A stretch of DNA of 64,000 bases from Terriglobia bacterium. Its GTDB lineage: Bacteria > Acidobacteriota > Terriglobia > Terriglobales > Acidobacteriaceae. Positions within the stretch are counted from its first letter, which is position 1. Each line of letters starts with the position of its first letter. This document shows positions 36,516 through 46,501 of this stretch, piece after piece. The stretch is taken from NCBI GenBank assembly GCA_963810505.1, contig CAWENI010000009.1, positions 221,388-285,387 on the forward strand. The letters run 5' to 3'. Under the pieces are notes generated by a model, which was given only the letters and a program-made list of their open reading frames with translations, made no database searches and was not told the origin of the DNA. The position numbers and the translations under genes are program-made.

Positions 36516-38228
36516 ATGATGAAGACGGGAGCGCAAATTCTTTGGGAGTGCCTGGAGCGCCAGGGCGTGCAGCACGTTTTCGGCTATCCCGGCGGAGCAA
36601 TCCTGCCGGCTTACGATGCCCTCAAATACAGCAAGATCCATCATGTCCTGGTGCGCCATGAGCAGGGGGCGACGCACATGGCGGATGGTTATGCCCGAGC
36701 CAGTGGAAATGTCGGAGTGGCAGTGGCGACGTCCGGACCCGGCGCCACCAACATGGTCACGGGGATTGCAACGGCGATGCTGGACTCATCACCCATCGTC
36801 TGCATCACCGGGCAAGTGGGCAGCAAGCTGATTGGTTCGGATGCATTTCAGGAAACCGACATCACCGGCGTGACTCTGCCGATCACCAAGCACAATTACC
36901 TGATCACGCGCGCCGACGAAGTTGCGCGCACGATTCGTGAGGCGTTTTATGTGGCGCGTTCTGGCCGCCCGGGGCCGGTACTCGTTGACATCACCAAGGA
37001 TGCGCAGCAGTCGACATGTGAGTTTGACTGGGAAGCTGCCAAGCCGCAATTGCCGGGCTATCGCCCCGATCTTTCCCCGGCCCCGAAGGAATATCAGAAA
37101 GCTCTGGAGTTGATTCACAACGCGAAGCGGCCCGTGATCCTCGCCGGACATGGGATTCTGCTCTCTGGGGCGATGCGCGAGGTGCGCGACTTGGCGGAGC
37201 GGGCCGGCATTCCCATGGCGATGACGTTGCTCGGACTCGGCGCATTCCCGGCCTCGCACCCGCTGAATCTCGGCATGATGGGCATGCACGGAGAAGCCTG
37301 GGTCAATCACACCATCCAGGAGGCTGACCTCCTGTTGGCGCTGGGCATGCGTTTCGACGATCGCGTCACCGGGAATCTGAAAACCTATGCCACGAGAGCG
37401 AAGAAAATCCACGTGGAGATCGATCCGGCGGAGATCAACAAGAACGTCAAAGTGGATGTAGCGCTGGTCGGCGATCTGCGACAAGTGCTGCACGAACTGC
37501 TGCCTCGCATCGAATCGATCGACCGCAGCGAATGGCTCGATTTCATCGACCAACTGAAGGGCGACTCGGCAGTGCGCGACATTCAGAACCTGCCCGACAA
37601 CGGACATCTGTATGCCGCGCATGTCATCAACGATCTTTATCGGGAGACGCGCGGGGAACACACTGTGGTGGTCACCGATGTGGGCCAGCACCAGATGTGG
37701 GAGGCGCAGTACTACAAGCACGAGGAGCCTGGTTCGCTGATCACCTCGGGCGGACTGGGCACGATGGGATTCGCCCTGCCGGCTGCGATTGGGGTAAAGG
37801 TTGCGCGTCCCGAAGCCGAGGTGTGGGTAGTGGTGGGCGACGGCGGCTTCCAGATGACGATGTCGGAATTGGCGACCATGGTGCAGGAGAAACTGAAGAT
37901 TCACATCGCGATCATCAACAATGGCTTTCTGGGCATGGTGCGGCAGTGGCAGGAATTTTTCTACGAGCGCAACTATCAGGCGACGCCCCTGCTGAATCCG
38001 AATTTTGTAAAGCTGGCGGAAGCCTACGGGATCCGGAGCACGAGCGTGACCCAGCGTTCACAGGTTTTGCCGGCGGTGCAGTCGGCGCGGATGCACGATG
38101 GCCCCATACTGATTGATTTTCAGGTGGAGCAGGAAGATACGGTTTATCCCATGGTTGCGGCGGGCGCGGCTTTGCACGAAATGATCCGGCGCCCGAGTCC
38201 GATTGTTGAAACCGCCGAGGACGATTGA
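36516..38228 (+). CDS. ilvB: Acetolactate synthase (acetohydroxyacid synthase) large subunit
   Basis: MMKTGAQILWECLERQGVQHVFGYPGGAILP..., TPP motif GDGGFQMTMSELAT...NNGFLGMV. The track start GTG 36489 is also possible. Confidence 0.93.
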   Translation: MMKTGAQILWECLERQGVQHVFGYPGGAILPAYDALKYSKIHHVLVRHEQGATHMADGYARASGNVGVAVATSGPGATNMVTGIATAMLDSSPIVCITGQVGSKLIGSDAFQETDITGVTLPITKHNYLITRADEVARTIREAFYVARSGRPGPVLVDITKDAQQSTCEFDWEAAKPQLPGYRPDLSPAPKEYQKALELIHNAKRPVILAGHGILLSGAMREVRDLAERAGIPMAMTLLGLGAFPASHPLNLGMMGMHGEAWVNHTIQEADLLLALGMRFDDRVTGNLKTYATRAKKIHVEIDPAEINKNVKVDVALVGDLRQVLHELLPRIESIDRSEWLDFIDQLKGDSAVRDIQNLPDNGHLYAAHVINDLYRETRGEHTVVVTDVGQHQMWEAQYYKHEEPGSLITSGGLGTMGFALPAAIGVKVARPEAEVWVVVGDGGFQMTMSELATMVQEKLKIHIAIINNGFLGMVRQWQEFFYERNYQATPLLNPNFVKLAEAYGIRSTSVTQRSQVLPAVQSARMHDGPILIDFQVEQEDTVYPMVAAGAALHEMIRRPSPIVETAEDD

Positions 38229-38263
38229 GATCGACGGATTGAGATCAACCGATTGAGATCAAC
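38223..38263 (+). repeat. Three tandem copies of a 14-nt unit at the ilvB/ilvN junction
   Basis: GATTGAGATCGACG GATTGAGATCAACC GATTGAGATCAAC then ATG. The first copy contains the ilvB stop. The TGAs at 38226, 38240 and 38254 fall in all three frames. Confidence 0.9.
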
Positions 38264-38827
38264 ATGATGAATACATTCGTGGTGTACGTGGAAAACAAGC
38301 CGGGCGTGCTGACCCGCGTGGCTTCGCTGTTTCGGCGGCGCGCCTTCAACATCGATTCGCTGACCGTGGGCCGCACCGAAAAACCTGAGGTCTCGCGCAT
38401 GACCATCACCGTCGACGCCGATTATGATCAGGCGCGACGCATTGAAGCCAACCTGTACAAGCTGGTGAATGTTCTCTTGGTGGAGAACATCACGCAGGAG
38501 CCTTCGATCGTGCGTGATCTCGCGATGATCAAAGTGGCGGCGACGCATGAGGCGCGCTCACACGTGCTCGAACTGGCCAGCGTCTTCCGCGCCCGCGTTG
38601 TGGATGTCGCGCCCGAATCATTGACCATCGAAATCACCGGCGCCGAAGACAAGATCGACGGACTGCTTGAGGTGCTGCGTCCCTTCGGTGTGCTGGAAAT
38701 GGTGCGTACCGGTATCGTGGCCATGCGCCGTGGCAGCAAGACTTCGGCGGCGCTTGGCGCTGCGGCCAACGCGACCGACACGATTGGAGAAGTTGTAACC
38801 GGGGATGATGTTTCCTACTCGGTGTAG
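38264..38827 (+). CDS. ilvN: Acetolactate synthase small (regulatory) subunit
   Basis: VENKPGVLTRVASLFRRRAFNIDSLTVGRTE ACT domain. 187 aa. Confidence 0.92.
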   Translation: MMNTFVVYVENKPGVLTRVASLFRRRAFNIDSLTVGRTEKPEVSRMTITVDADYDQARRIEANLYKLVNVLLVENITQEPSIVRDLAMIKVAATHEARSHVLELASVFRARVVDVAPESLTIEITGAEDKIDGLLEVLRPFGVLEMVRTGIVAMRRGSKTSAALGAAANATDTIGEVVTGDDVSYSV

Positions 38828-39061
38828 CGTCGGGAAAAGATAAGCGCTGATCAGGAAGTGATTATCATCACGCTCTCAGTTTCGCCGCATTTCCCCTCTG
38901 AAAGCACTCCATTCCCGCTGATTGCGCCTCTCTGACGACGATTCCGGCAAGCCAAATCTGGTGCTGCGCCTCACCCTCAATTGTGATTGTGATCACAGGA
39001 CTTGCGCTCGGCTTACGCCATAATCCCACCAACCTGGGATCGCAGTATACGAGGCAAATCA

Positions 39062-39292
39062 GTGGCAAAAGGACATGTCTACATCGTTGTGGAGCGCTGC
39101 AAAGCCTGTGGGTTCTGCGTCGAGTTCTGTCCCACGAAGGTGCTCGCGCTCTCTTCCGCCTTCAACTCCAAAGGCTACCATCCGCCGCATGTCATCAATC
39201 CGGAAAAGTGCAGTGGTTGTGACTTGTGCGGGATGTATTGCCCTGACTTCGCAATCTACGGCACGAAGCCAACTCCTGGAGGTGCCAAGTGA
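39062..39292 (+). CDS. 2-oxoacid:ferredoxin oxidoreductase delta subunit (2x[4Fe-4S] ferredoxin)
   Basis: CKACGFCVEFCP and CSGCDLCGMYCP motifs. GTG 39062 is preceded by GAGG; the track ORF begins at 39002. Confidence 0.8.
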   Translation: MAKGHVYIVVERCKACGFCVEFCPTKVLALSSAFNSKGYHPPHVINPEKCSGCDLCGMYCPDFAIYGTKPTPGGAK

Positions 39293-40452
39293 AGGCTGAT
39301 CCGCGTGGCGTGCTCACTGGCACTCACTTCATTGACGGCGACCACGCGTGCTGCGAGGGCGCGTTGGCGGCGGGCGCACGATTTGCGGCTGGATACCCGA
39401 TCACACCTTCCACGGAAATAGTGGAGCGGTTTGCCTCGCGCGTCCCCACCGTCGGCGGAACGTTCATTCAGATGGAAGACGAGTTGGCGGCTTCCATAAC
39501 TTTGCAGGGCGCGGTCTGGGGCGGGGCCAAAGCGTTTACCGTTACCTCGGGCCCGGGCTTCTCCCTCATGATGGAGCACATCGGATACGCAGCCATGACC
39601 GAAACTCCGTGTGTCTTCGTCGATGTGCAGCGAGGTGGACCTTCCACCGGCCTGCCCACTCTTCCAGCACAGGCTGACATGATGCAGGCACGCTGGGGAT
39701 CGCACGGCGATTACGAGATCATCGCGCTTTGCCCGAACTCTCCGCAAGAATGCTTCGACCTGACCATCAAGGCTTTCAACCTAGCCGAAGAGTTCCGCGT
39801 GCCCGTCATGTTCATGATGGATGAAGTCGTAGGGCACATGACCGAAAAGGTGCTCATTCCCCCGGCCGACCAGATCGAAGTTGTGCCGCGCCGCCACACC
39901 CACAAGTCGGCGGAGGACTACCTGCCCTATGCAACGAACGGAGACATGGTCCCCGACATGGCGCACGCAGGCGAGGGATACAAATTTCATATCACCGGAC
40001 TGACCCACGACGAGCACGGCTATCCCAACATGACGCCGCCCGTCCAGGACAAGCTGGTGCGCCGGTTGCAGAACAAAATTCGCTCTGCGGCCGATCGCAT
40101 TGCGATGTTTGAAGAGGAGCAACTCGAGGGCGCCGATGTAGTGGTCGTTTCTTACGGGATCACGTCGCGGGTCGCCCAGCGTGCCATTGACAGTGCCCGC
40201 GAACGAGGTCTACGCGTCGGCAAGCTGCGCCTGATTACCGCATGGCCGTTTCCTGAAAACAAAATCCGTGAACTTGCACTTCGCGTGAAGGCATTCGTGG
40301 TGCCCGAACTCAATCTGGGCCAGATGGTACGCGAGGTGGAACGAGCCGCCAACGGTCAGGCCAAGACATTCCACGTCTCGCACGCCGGAGGTGGAGTGCA
40401 CAACCCCGAAGAGATCCTCAAAGCTATTGTGGAGGCAAGCCGATGCCGATAG
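39289..40452 (+). CDS. 2-oxoacid:ferredoxin oxidoreductase alpha subunit
   Basis: AAGYPITPSTEI, VTSGPGFSLMMEHIGYAAMTETP, QRGGPSTGLPT. ATGA-type overlap with the delta subunit gene. Confidence 0.9.
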   Translation: MKADPRGVLTGTHFIDGDHACCEGALAAGARFAAGYPITPSTEIVERFASRVPTVGGTFIQMEDELAASITLQGAVWGGAKAFTVTSGPGFSLMMEHIGYAAMTETPCVFVDVQRGGPSTGLPTLPAQADMMQARWGSHGDYEIIALCPNSPQECFDLTIKAFNLAEEFRVPVMFMMDEVVGHMTEKVLIPPADQIEVVPRRHTHKSAEDYLPYATNGDMVPDMAHAGEGYKFHITGLTHDEHGYPNMTPPVQDKLVRRLQNKIRSAADRIAMFEEEQLEGADVVVVSYGITSRVAQRAIDSARERGLRVGKLRLITAWPFPENKIRELALRVKAFVVPELNLGQMVREVERAANGQAKTFHVSHAGGGVHNPEEILKAIVEASRCR

Positions 40453-41309
40453 ATGCCCTGATCAACCCGGTCGAGCCGTTTCTGCGCACTGACCGCATGC
40501 CTCATATCTGGTGTCCGGGATGCGGCATCGGGACGACGGTGAACTGTTTCGCGCGGGCACTGATCGAATCCAAGATCGATCTGGAATCGCTGGCCCTCGT
40601 GTCGGGCATTGGCTGCACCGGACGAGTGGCCGGCTACGTCAAACTGGATTCGTTCCACACCACGCACGGCCGCGCCATCCCGTTCGCCACGGGCCTGAAG
40701 CTTGCGAATCCCAAGTTGAACGTCGTGGTCTATTCCGGGGATGGCGATCTCTCCGCGATCGGCGGCAATCACCTGATTCACGCGGCGCGTCGCAACATCG
40801 ATCTGAAAGTGATCTGCGTGAACAACCTCATCTATGCCATGACCGGCGGCCAGACTGCGCCCACCACCCCCGGCCATGCCACGACCTCGACCAATCCTTA
40901 TGGCACGTTCGAGCCCGCGTTCAACCTGCCACACCTTGTGGAGGCGGCCGGCGCAGTTTATGTGGCACGCTGGACGACCTTCCACGTGCGGCAACTGGCC
41001 CGCTCGATTGCCGAAGCTTTTCAGAAGAAGGGATTCTCGTTCATTGAGGTGATCTCGCCCTGCCCAACGCTTTATCAGAGACGAAACAAAATGGGTGACG
41101 GCCTCGACACCATGAAGTACTACAAAGAGAAGAGCAAAACCCGGCACGGCGCACCGACCAGCGAAGTCGGCCTTACCTTGAATGGCGAGATCGTTGTAGG
41201 TAAGTTCGTCGATCGCGACCGGCCCGACTATCAAACCATGATGCGCGAACAATATGTGGAATCGCTCGGCGAGCGCTTCATCGCACCAACGGAGATGGTA
41301 TGCAGCTAA
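40443..41309 (+). CDS. 2-oxoacid:ferredoxin oxidoreductase beta subunit (TPP-binding)
   Basis: WCPGCGIG, SGIGCTGR, SGDGDLSAIGGNHLIHAARRN. Confidence 0.9.
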   Translation: MPIDALINPVEPFLRTDRMPHIWCPGCGIGTTVNCFARALIESKIDLESLALVSGIGCTGRVAGYVKLDSFHTTHGRAIPFATGLKLANPKLNVVVYSGDGDLSAIGGNHLIHAARRNIDLKVICVNNLIYAMTGGQTAPTTPGHATTSTNPYGTFEPAFNLPHLVEAAGAVYVARWTTFHVRQLARSIAEAFQKKGFSFIEVISPCPTLYQRRNKMGDGLDTMKYYKEKSKTRHGAPTSEVGLTLNGEIVVGKFVDRDRPDYQTMMREQYVESLGERFIAPTEMVCS

Positions 41310-41902
41310 CAGAAATCCGCGTCGCAGGCTTTGGAGGGCAAGGCGTGATTCTCTCCGCCATCGTGCTAGGCAAGGCCGCCTCCATCTATCAAAACGCCTT
41401 CGCCACCATGACGCAGAACTTCGGTCCGGAGGCCCGCGGCGGCGCCTGCAGTGCGCAGCTCATTCTCTCCGGCTCGCCCGTGTTGTACCCGTATGTCACG
41501 AAGCCGGACATTCTCGTGGTCATGTCGCAGGAAGCGTACGCCCGCTTTGTTCCGGAGCTGAAAGAAGGCGGTACCTTGATTGTCGAGCAGGACCTGGTGC
41601 GCGTCTCCGATCTTAAAGGCGAAATCAAGGTTTACAGCATTCCCGCAACCCGCATCGCGGAGGAACTCGGCAAGCGCATGGTTCTGAACTCTGTCATGGT
41701 GGGATTCGTTACGGCCGTCTCGCGTCTGCTCGAACCTGATGCGGTTCGCAAAGCGATAGCCGACTCAGTGCCGCCAAGCTTCCGTGAGTTGAACCTGAAA
41801 GCGTTCGAAAGAGGCCTTGAATACGGGACCAATACCATCACCGGTAGGCCCGCCTTGTCGGAGGCCGAGCCGGAGACAGAGATGGAGTACTCCCAGGAAT
41901 AG
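41300..41902 (+). CDS. 2-oxoacid:ferredoxin oxidoreductase gamma subunit
   Basis: IRVAGFGGQGVILSAIVLGKAA...GPEARGGACSAQLILS. Confidence 0.9.
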   Translation: MQLTEIRVAGFGGQGVILSAIVLGKAASIYQNAFATMTQNFGPEARGGACSAQLILSGSPVLYPYVTKPDILVVMSQEAYARFVPELKEGGTLIVEQDLVRVSDLKGEIKVYSIPATRIAEELGKRMVLNSVMVGFVTAVSRLLEPDAVRKAIADSVPPSFRELNLKAFERGLEYGTNTITGRPALSEAEPETEMEYSQE

Positions 41903-41922
41903 TTCCACTTAATGCCGCGGAT

Positions 41923-42900
41923 TCAGGCACACAAAGCCGCACCACCCGCAATGCCTGCATCTGCTCCGTAGTGCGCCATGCGCAATGGAATCTCTGCGGC
42001 GCCAGGATTTACGCACCACTGCGGAAGGCCATGCTCGATTTCATCGAAGAACGGTCCCAGCATGGCCGCGACGCCGCCGCCCATCACGACTACGTCGGGA
42101 TCGAGCAGGTCCACGATGTTGCTTAGCCATGCGGTTAGAAAGACGGCTGTTTCCTGAAGAATCTTGCGCGCCAGGGAATCGCCGGCCGCAAACGCTCTCC
42201 CGACCGTCTCACTGGTCACATCTTCGATCTTGCCCTGTGCAAGATCGAGCATCGCAGAGTGCCGAGACTGCTCGGCGGCGAGCCGCGCGCGGGCGCGGGC
42301 ACCGATCGCAGGGCCCGCGGCGAAAGCTTCAATGCAGCCGTGTTTGCCGCAACCGCAGACCGGGCCTCGGTAATCAATGCTCATGTGTCCGCCTTCTCCC
42401 GCCGCGCCCGTATATCCATGGTAGATTTGGCCGTCGAGTACGATGCCGGTGCCGATCCCGGTGCCGACGGTGGCATAGAAAACGTAACGGTAGCCGCGAG
42501 CAGCTCCCCAGCGGGTTTCAGCCAGCGCCGCCGCATTTGCGTCATTGTCGAGTTTAACGGGAACGCCGTAAATCTCAGCGACTTTGGCGGCGAGCGGAAA
42601 ATTCCGCCAACAGGGAAGGTTCGGTGGATTAATGACGACGCCCGTCTGAGGATCCAGCGGTCCCGGCGCGCACAAGCCAATGCCCTGGAACTTGACGTTC
42701 GCCTCGGGCATTTCCCTCGACAGTAAGTCGATCGCGGAAGTAACCGCCTTCAGTGCAGCTTCAGGTTCGCCGCGCGCGACCATAGGCTGGCGAACCTGAT
42801 TGAGAATTTTGCCGTCGCAATCCACCAGACCAGCGGCCACTTTAGTTCCACCGACATCAACCCCAATGATCGAACCATCACGCTTAGTGTGTTGCGTCAT
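41923..42900 (-). CDS. ROK-family sugar kinase (glucokinase-like)
   Basis: IIGVDVGGTKVAAGL and the ROK zinc motif CGCGKHGCIEAFAAG. The probable start is ATG 42900 (MTQHTKRDG...); the track ORF extends to 42945 into the upstream gene. Confidence 0.85.
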   Translation of the reverse strand: MTQHTKRDGSIIGVDVGGTKVAAGLVDCDGKILNQVRQPMVARGEPEAALKAVTSAIDLLSREMPEANVKFQGIGLCAPGPLDPQTGVVINPPNLPCWRNFPLAAKVAEIYGVPVKLDNDANAAALAETRWGAARGYRYVFYATVGTGIGTGIVLDGQIYHGYTGAAGEGGHMSIDYRGPVCGCGKHGCIEAFAAGPAIGARARARLAAEQSRHSAMLDLAQGKIEDVTSETVGRAFAAGDSLARKILQETAVFLTAWLSNIVDLLDPDVVVMGGGVAAMLGPFFDEIEHGLPQWCVNPGAAEIPLRMAHYGADAGIAGGAALCA

Positions 42901-45900
42901 TCGCGTTGGCAGCCTGCCCCGCTTCGTTTCTTGACTTCGAAGCAAATCGTACCTTGATGGTCTTGATCTCGTACGGCTTGGTGTGCAGCATCACCACGGC
43001 GTTCTCGACCTGCAGGTTTGACGTGGGCTTCTCCATAAGATCTGTTTCGGAGGCCGATTCCACTCCGAATGGAAGGTGAATCTTCACGTCCGCTTCCTTT
43101 CCGGCCCATTCGTAGAAGCGCAGCACAATTTCGCTGTTGTCCTCGGCCTTCTTGAGCGCGGTGACGATCACATTGTCGGGCGAGATCTGCACGAAGGAAT
43201 GCTCAGGCGGAAGTTTTCCCTCGTGTCTTGCTGCCGGTGCGGAAATCAGTTTGTAGTTCAACTCATAACCTCGGCGTACAGCCAGCGAGTCTTGCCAGTT
43301 CCCGCCATGAGGATACATGGAATAGGTGAATTCGTGATGGCCCTCGTCGGCATGCGGATCAGGCCATTCGGGCGACCTCAGCAAGGACAGCCGAAGGACG
43401 TTTCCTTTGGCGTCGTATCCGTACTTGCTGTCGTTGAGCAGACTGAATCCATGTGTGGAGTCGGAAATGTCCGCCCAGCGCAGCGCCGGAACTTCGAACT
43501 GTGCCAACTCAGCCGGCGTATTCCGCGTCGTCGGACGCTCGACTGAGCCATAAGGAATCTCAAAAGTGGCGTTGTCGTTGTGTGCGCTTAGCGGGAAGGC
43601 AACTTTCAGCAGAATATGCTTCTCATGCCATTCGGTCTGCATCTTCACGTCGACGCGCGGAACCCCGGCATACATTGTGATGTCGCGGACAAATGTCGAA
43701 TTCTGAAAATGATTTTTGACTCGGATGATCGCGCGTAACGGGCCCGCCTCGATCAGTTTGACTTCGTCAGCCGTGTCGAGGTCCCAGTGTTTTTGCTCGA
43801 AATCCGCATCGATATTCCAGGCGTCCCACTTCTCGGGTTTGTCGACGAATGTCTGCAGCAGATTGCCGCAGGTGAAACTTCTCGGGCCACCAGTGTCGGT
43901 TTCAGCAGGCGCAAGAGTTTCCGTGTTGCTGCGCTTGTCGAACAGGCTAGTCACACAACCATTCTTAGGGCCGATTTTGAGACGAATGAATTCATTCTCC
44001 AGTGAGTCTGCCGAGGCCTTAAGCAGGGAACGACCGCCTGGCACGTTGGCTGCTGCGTGCACAAAATAGGTCTGAAATCCCATCGCTGGAATATTCGCCT
44101 GCAACAGGAACCGCGCCCGATGGGTCTCTGCGTCGATGGAGAGCAACTGCGATTCCGCAGGCTTACCAGCCGAGTCCACAACGTCAATGTTGCTTGCCGG
44201 GTGAGGCAGTTGCGCTTCGAGTTCGACAACTTCGGTGCGCGCCCACGAAAGAGTATTAAAGACCACGACGGGAACGCCTTCGCCTTGGGTGTTGACGTGA
44301 TCTGTGATTTCCTTGAGCGCGCCATGCGCCACTTCGTGCGCCGCGCGGCCAACGTCTTCCAGATTGCGTTTAGCATCCAGGTAATTCACCGCAATGCCCG
44401 ATCCCGGCATGATGTCGTGAAAGTGATCGAAAAGCAGGTTCTTCCATGCCAGCTCCATCTCATCCTGCGGGTAGCGCCGGCCATAGAGCGTGGCAATCGA
44501 TGCGAACTGCTCCGCATTCAGCATGGCCTGTTCAGCGCGTCGGATCCTCCGCTTGGTTTCGGCTTGGGTGGTAAAAACACCGCGGTGATATGCGAAGTAG
44601 AGTTCGCCATCCCAGGTGGGAACCTGCATGGTGGGCAGCTTCCTTTCGAGATCGCTGAAGAAGTCTCTGGCAAAACTGAACTCAAGCTTGGGAAATACGG
44701 TAGTGGGCGCCCGGAGTTGTTCTGCGTTGTCGAGCATGACGCGAGTCGGTCCTCCGCCATGATCACCGACGCCATACAGGTGCATCATTTCGGGTTTGTC
44801 GCTGAGCTTCTTGCCATAAATCGAGGGCATCCAGATGGAAAGGTCAGTTCCCAGGCTGTCAGCGTCGATACCGCCGGCGTAGTCGTGCGGAAAGTACGTC
44901 AGCAGTCGGCTGCCGTCAGGAGCCTGCCACCAGAATAATTTGTAAGGGAATGTAGTGAACTCGTGAGCCCACAGAAGCTTCTGTGTCACGAAATAATCCA
45001 TACCTGACTTCTTGTAAATTTGCGGAAGTTGCCAGTTGTAACCGAACGAGTCGGGATTCCATCCGATCTTCACGTCCACGCCGAAATGTTTCTGGAAGTA
45101 TCGTTTCCCAACGAGGATCTGGCGGACGAGCGACTCTCCCGCGGGCATGTTGAGGTCGGGTTCGACCCACATACCACCGATGATTTCCCACCGGCCTTCC
45201 TTCACCCGTTGCTCGATCTGCTTGAACAGATCAGGATATTTCTCCTGCATCCACTCATACGTGCGGGCCGACGACATCGTGAACTTGAAATCCGGATACT
45301 CGCCCATAAGATCGAGCACACTCTGGAACGTGTTGCGCACCACTTCCACCGTTTCCGTCCAGGGCCACAGCCAGGCCATATCAATGTGTGAATTGCCCAC
45401 CGCGCGGATGGTGAAATGCTGCAGCCACGGCTTCAGTTGTTCAAGCTTGGCGTGAGCCTGGCGCAGCGATGCATCGAAGCCAGCCTGATCGCCCTTTTCG
45501 AGCGGTGAGAAATCAATCGCCGTGACCGCCGCGTCGAGTTGCTGTTCGCGCTCTGCTTTGCCTTCCTCGTACGCTGCGATGATTGGGCGCGCGGAAAGAA
45601 TCTCCATTCGTAGCCGGCCGGGGTTCGGGCGCGTAAGCGGCGCGTCGATGATAAGTTCACTGTGAAAGAACTCGGACTCTATGTCATCATTGGCGACCAC
45701 TCGGGCAGCGACCAGGAATTTCTGTCCAGGCTGTGCTTTCGCGCTTAACAGGATGGGCTGGATGTCATCCTCATTGCCGTGATAGGCAGCGACACCATTG
45801 CAGAAGACAGTTACTATGCGCGTGGAGGCGATTATGGACGAGGGTCGGCTTTGAAAGCGCAAATCCAGCTTCACTTGTGAGTTCTCAACAGCATAACCGT

Positions 45901-46222
45901 TAATCTTCTCTGGGATCTGAATCCAACGCCGAAAGACGCGAGTTCCGATCCAGCGTTCCTCACTTTCATTGTTCCCTTCCAGACCAGAGACATTTTTCAC
46001 GGCGATCACGCCCCAGTCCGAGTCATTCACGGCGGGGTCTTCTGGATGAGGTATATCTGTATGGAAGCGCCATGGACTCTCGGTTTGTGTGGTGAGCGAT
46101 TGCAGCCGGTCTAGAACAGCCTTGTAGGGATCAGAAGGCTCCGCTTTCTGAGTAGTCTGAGAAAAACTCGAGATCACGCACACTAGAATCGCAACCCCTG
46201 AAAAAACTGCAGAACGGTTCAT
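42884..46222 (-). CDS. Glycoside hydrolase family 38 alpha-mannosidase, secreted
   Basis: 1112 aa. Signal peptide, then GNSHIDMAWLWPWTETV...RWEIIGGMWVEPDLNMP, which is characteristic of the GH38 N-domain. Confidence 0.9.
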   Translation of the reverse strand: MNRSAVFSGVAILVCVISSFSQTTQKAEPSDPYKAVLDRLQSLTTQTESPWRFHTDIPHPEDPAVNDSDWGVIAVKNVSGLEGNNESEERWIGTRVFRRWIQIPEKINGYAVENSQVKLDLRFQSRPSSIIASTRIVTVFCNGVAAYHGNEDDIQPILLSAKAQPGQKFLVAARVVANDDIESEFFHSELIIDAPLTRPNPGRLRMEILSARPIIAAYEEGKAEREQQLDAAVTAIDFSPLEKGDQAGFDASLRQAHAKLEQLKPWLQHFTIRAVGNSHIDMAWLWPWTETVEVVRNTFQSVLDLMGEYPDFKFTMSSARTYEWMQEKYPDLFKQIEQRVKEGRWEIIGGMWVEPDLNMPAGESLVRQILVGKRYFQKHFGVDVKIGWNPDSFGYNWQLPQIYKKSGMDYFVTQKLLWAHEFTTFPYKLFWWQAPDGSRLLTYFPHDYAGGIDADSLGTDLSIWMPSIYGKKLSDKPEMMHLYGVGDHGGGPTRVMLDNAEQLRAPTTVFPKLEFSFARDFFSDLERKLPTMQVPTWDGELYFAYHRGVFTTQAETKRRIRRAEQAMLNAEQFASIATLYGRRYPQDEMELAWKNLLFDHFHDIMPGSGIAVNYLDAKRNLEDVGRAAHEVAHGALKEITDHVNTQGEGVPVVVFNTLSWARTEVVELEAQLPHPASNIDVVDSAGKPAESQLLSIDAETHRARFLLQANIPAMGFQTYFVHAAANVPGGRSLLKASADSLENEFIRLKIGPKNGCVTSLFDKRSNTETLAPAETDTGGPRSFTCGNLLQTFVDKPEKWDAWNIDADFEQKHWDLDTADEVKLIEAGPLRAIIRVKNHFQNSTFVRDITMYAGVPRVDVKMQTEWHEKHILLKVAFPLSAHNDNATFEIPYGSVERPTTRNTPAELAQFEVPALRWADISDSTHGFSLLNDSKYGYDAKGNVLRLSLLRSPEWPDPHADEGHHEFTYSMYPHGGNWQDSLAVRRGYELNYKLISAPAARHEGKLPPEHSFVQISPDNVIVTALKKAEDNSEIVLRFYEWAGKEADVKIHLPFGVESASETDLMEKPTSNLQVENAVVMLHTKPYEIKTIKVRFASKSRNEAGQAANANDATH

Positions 46223-46501
46223 AGCAAGTCCTCTTTTTGTCCGCAGCGGCGCCGAATAAACATAACACCTCGGCCTCGTATCGATTCCATTGGATCCAGC
46301 TAACCGGCTGATTGTATTGGAGATGATTGTAGATACAACCGGCCACGAGAGGATGTTTCACATCCTATAGCCCAAAGATTTTCAACCGTTTCTGATCGGC
46401 GGGCGCAACTGATTCTCCTGCGGAACGAAGGTTTTGAGAGCAGCAAAAAAATTCTGCTTCTTTCCATCGAAACTATTCATCGAAGTCAATACGCAATTCA
46501 G

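Noticed and set aside
36789-37904. 371-aa ORF on the - strand inside ilvB
   Set aside because: It is antisense to a region with unambiguous acetolactate synthase motifs on the + strand. Its product is Arg/His/Gly-rich with no recognisable motif, which is a typical GC-rich antisense artefact.
40356-41252. 298-aa - strand ORF inside the oxidoreductase beta subunit gene
   Set aside because: It is a shadow ORF. The + strand encodes canonical TPP-binding beta subunit motifs.
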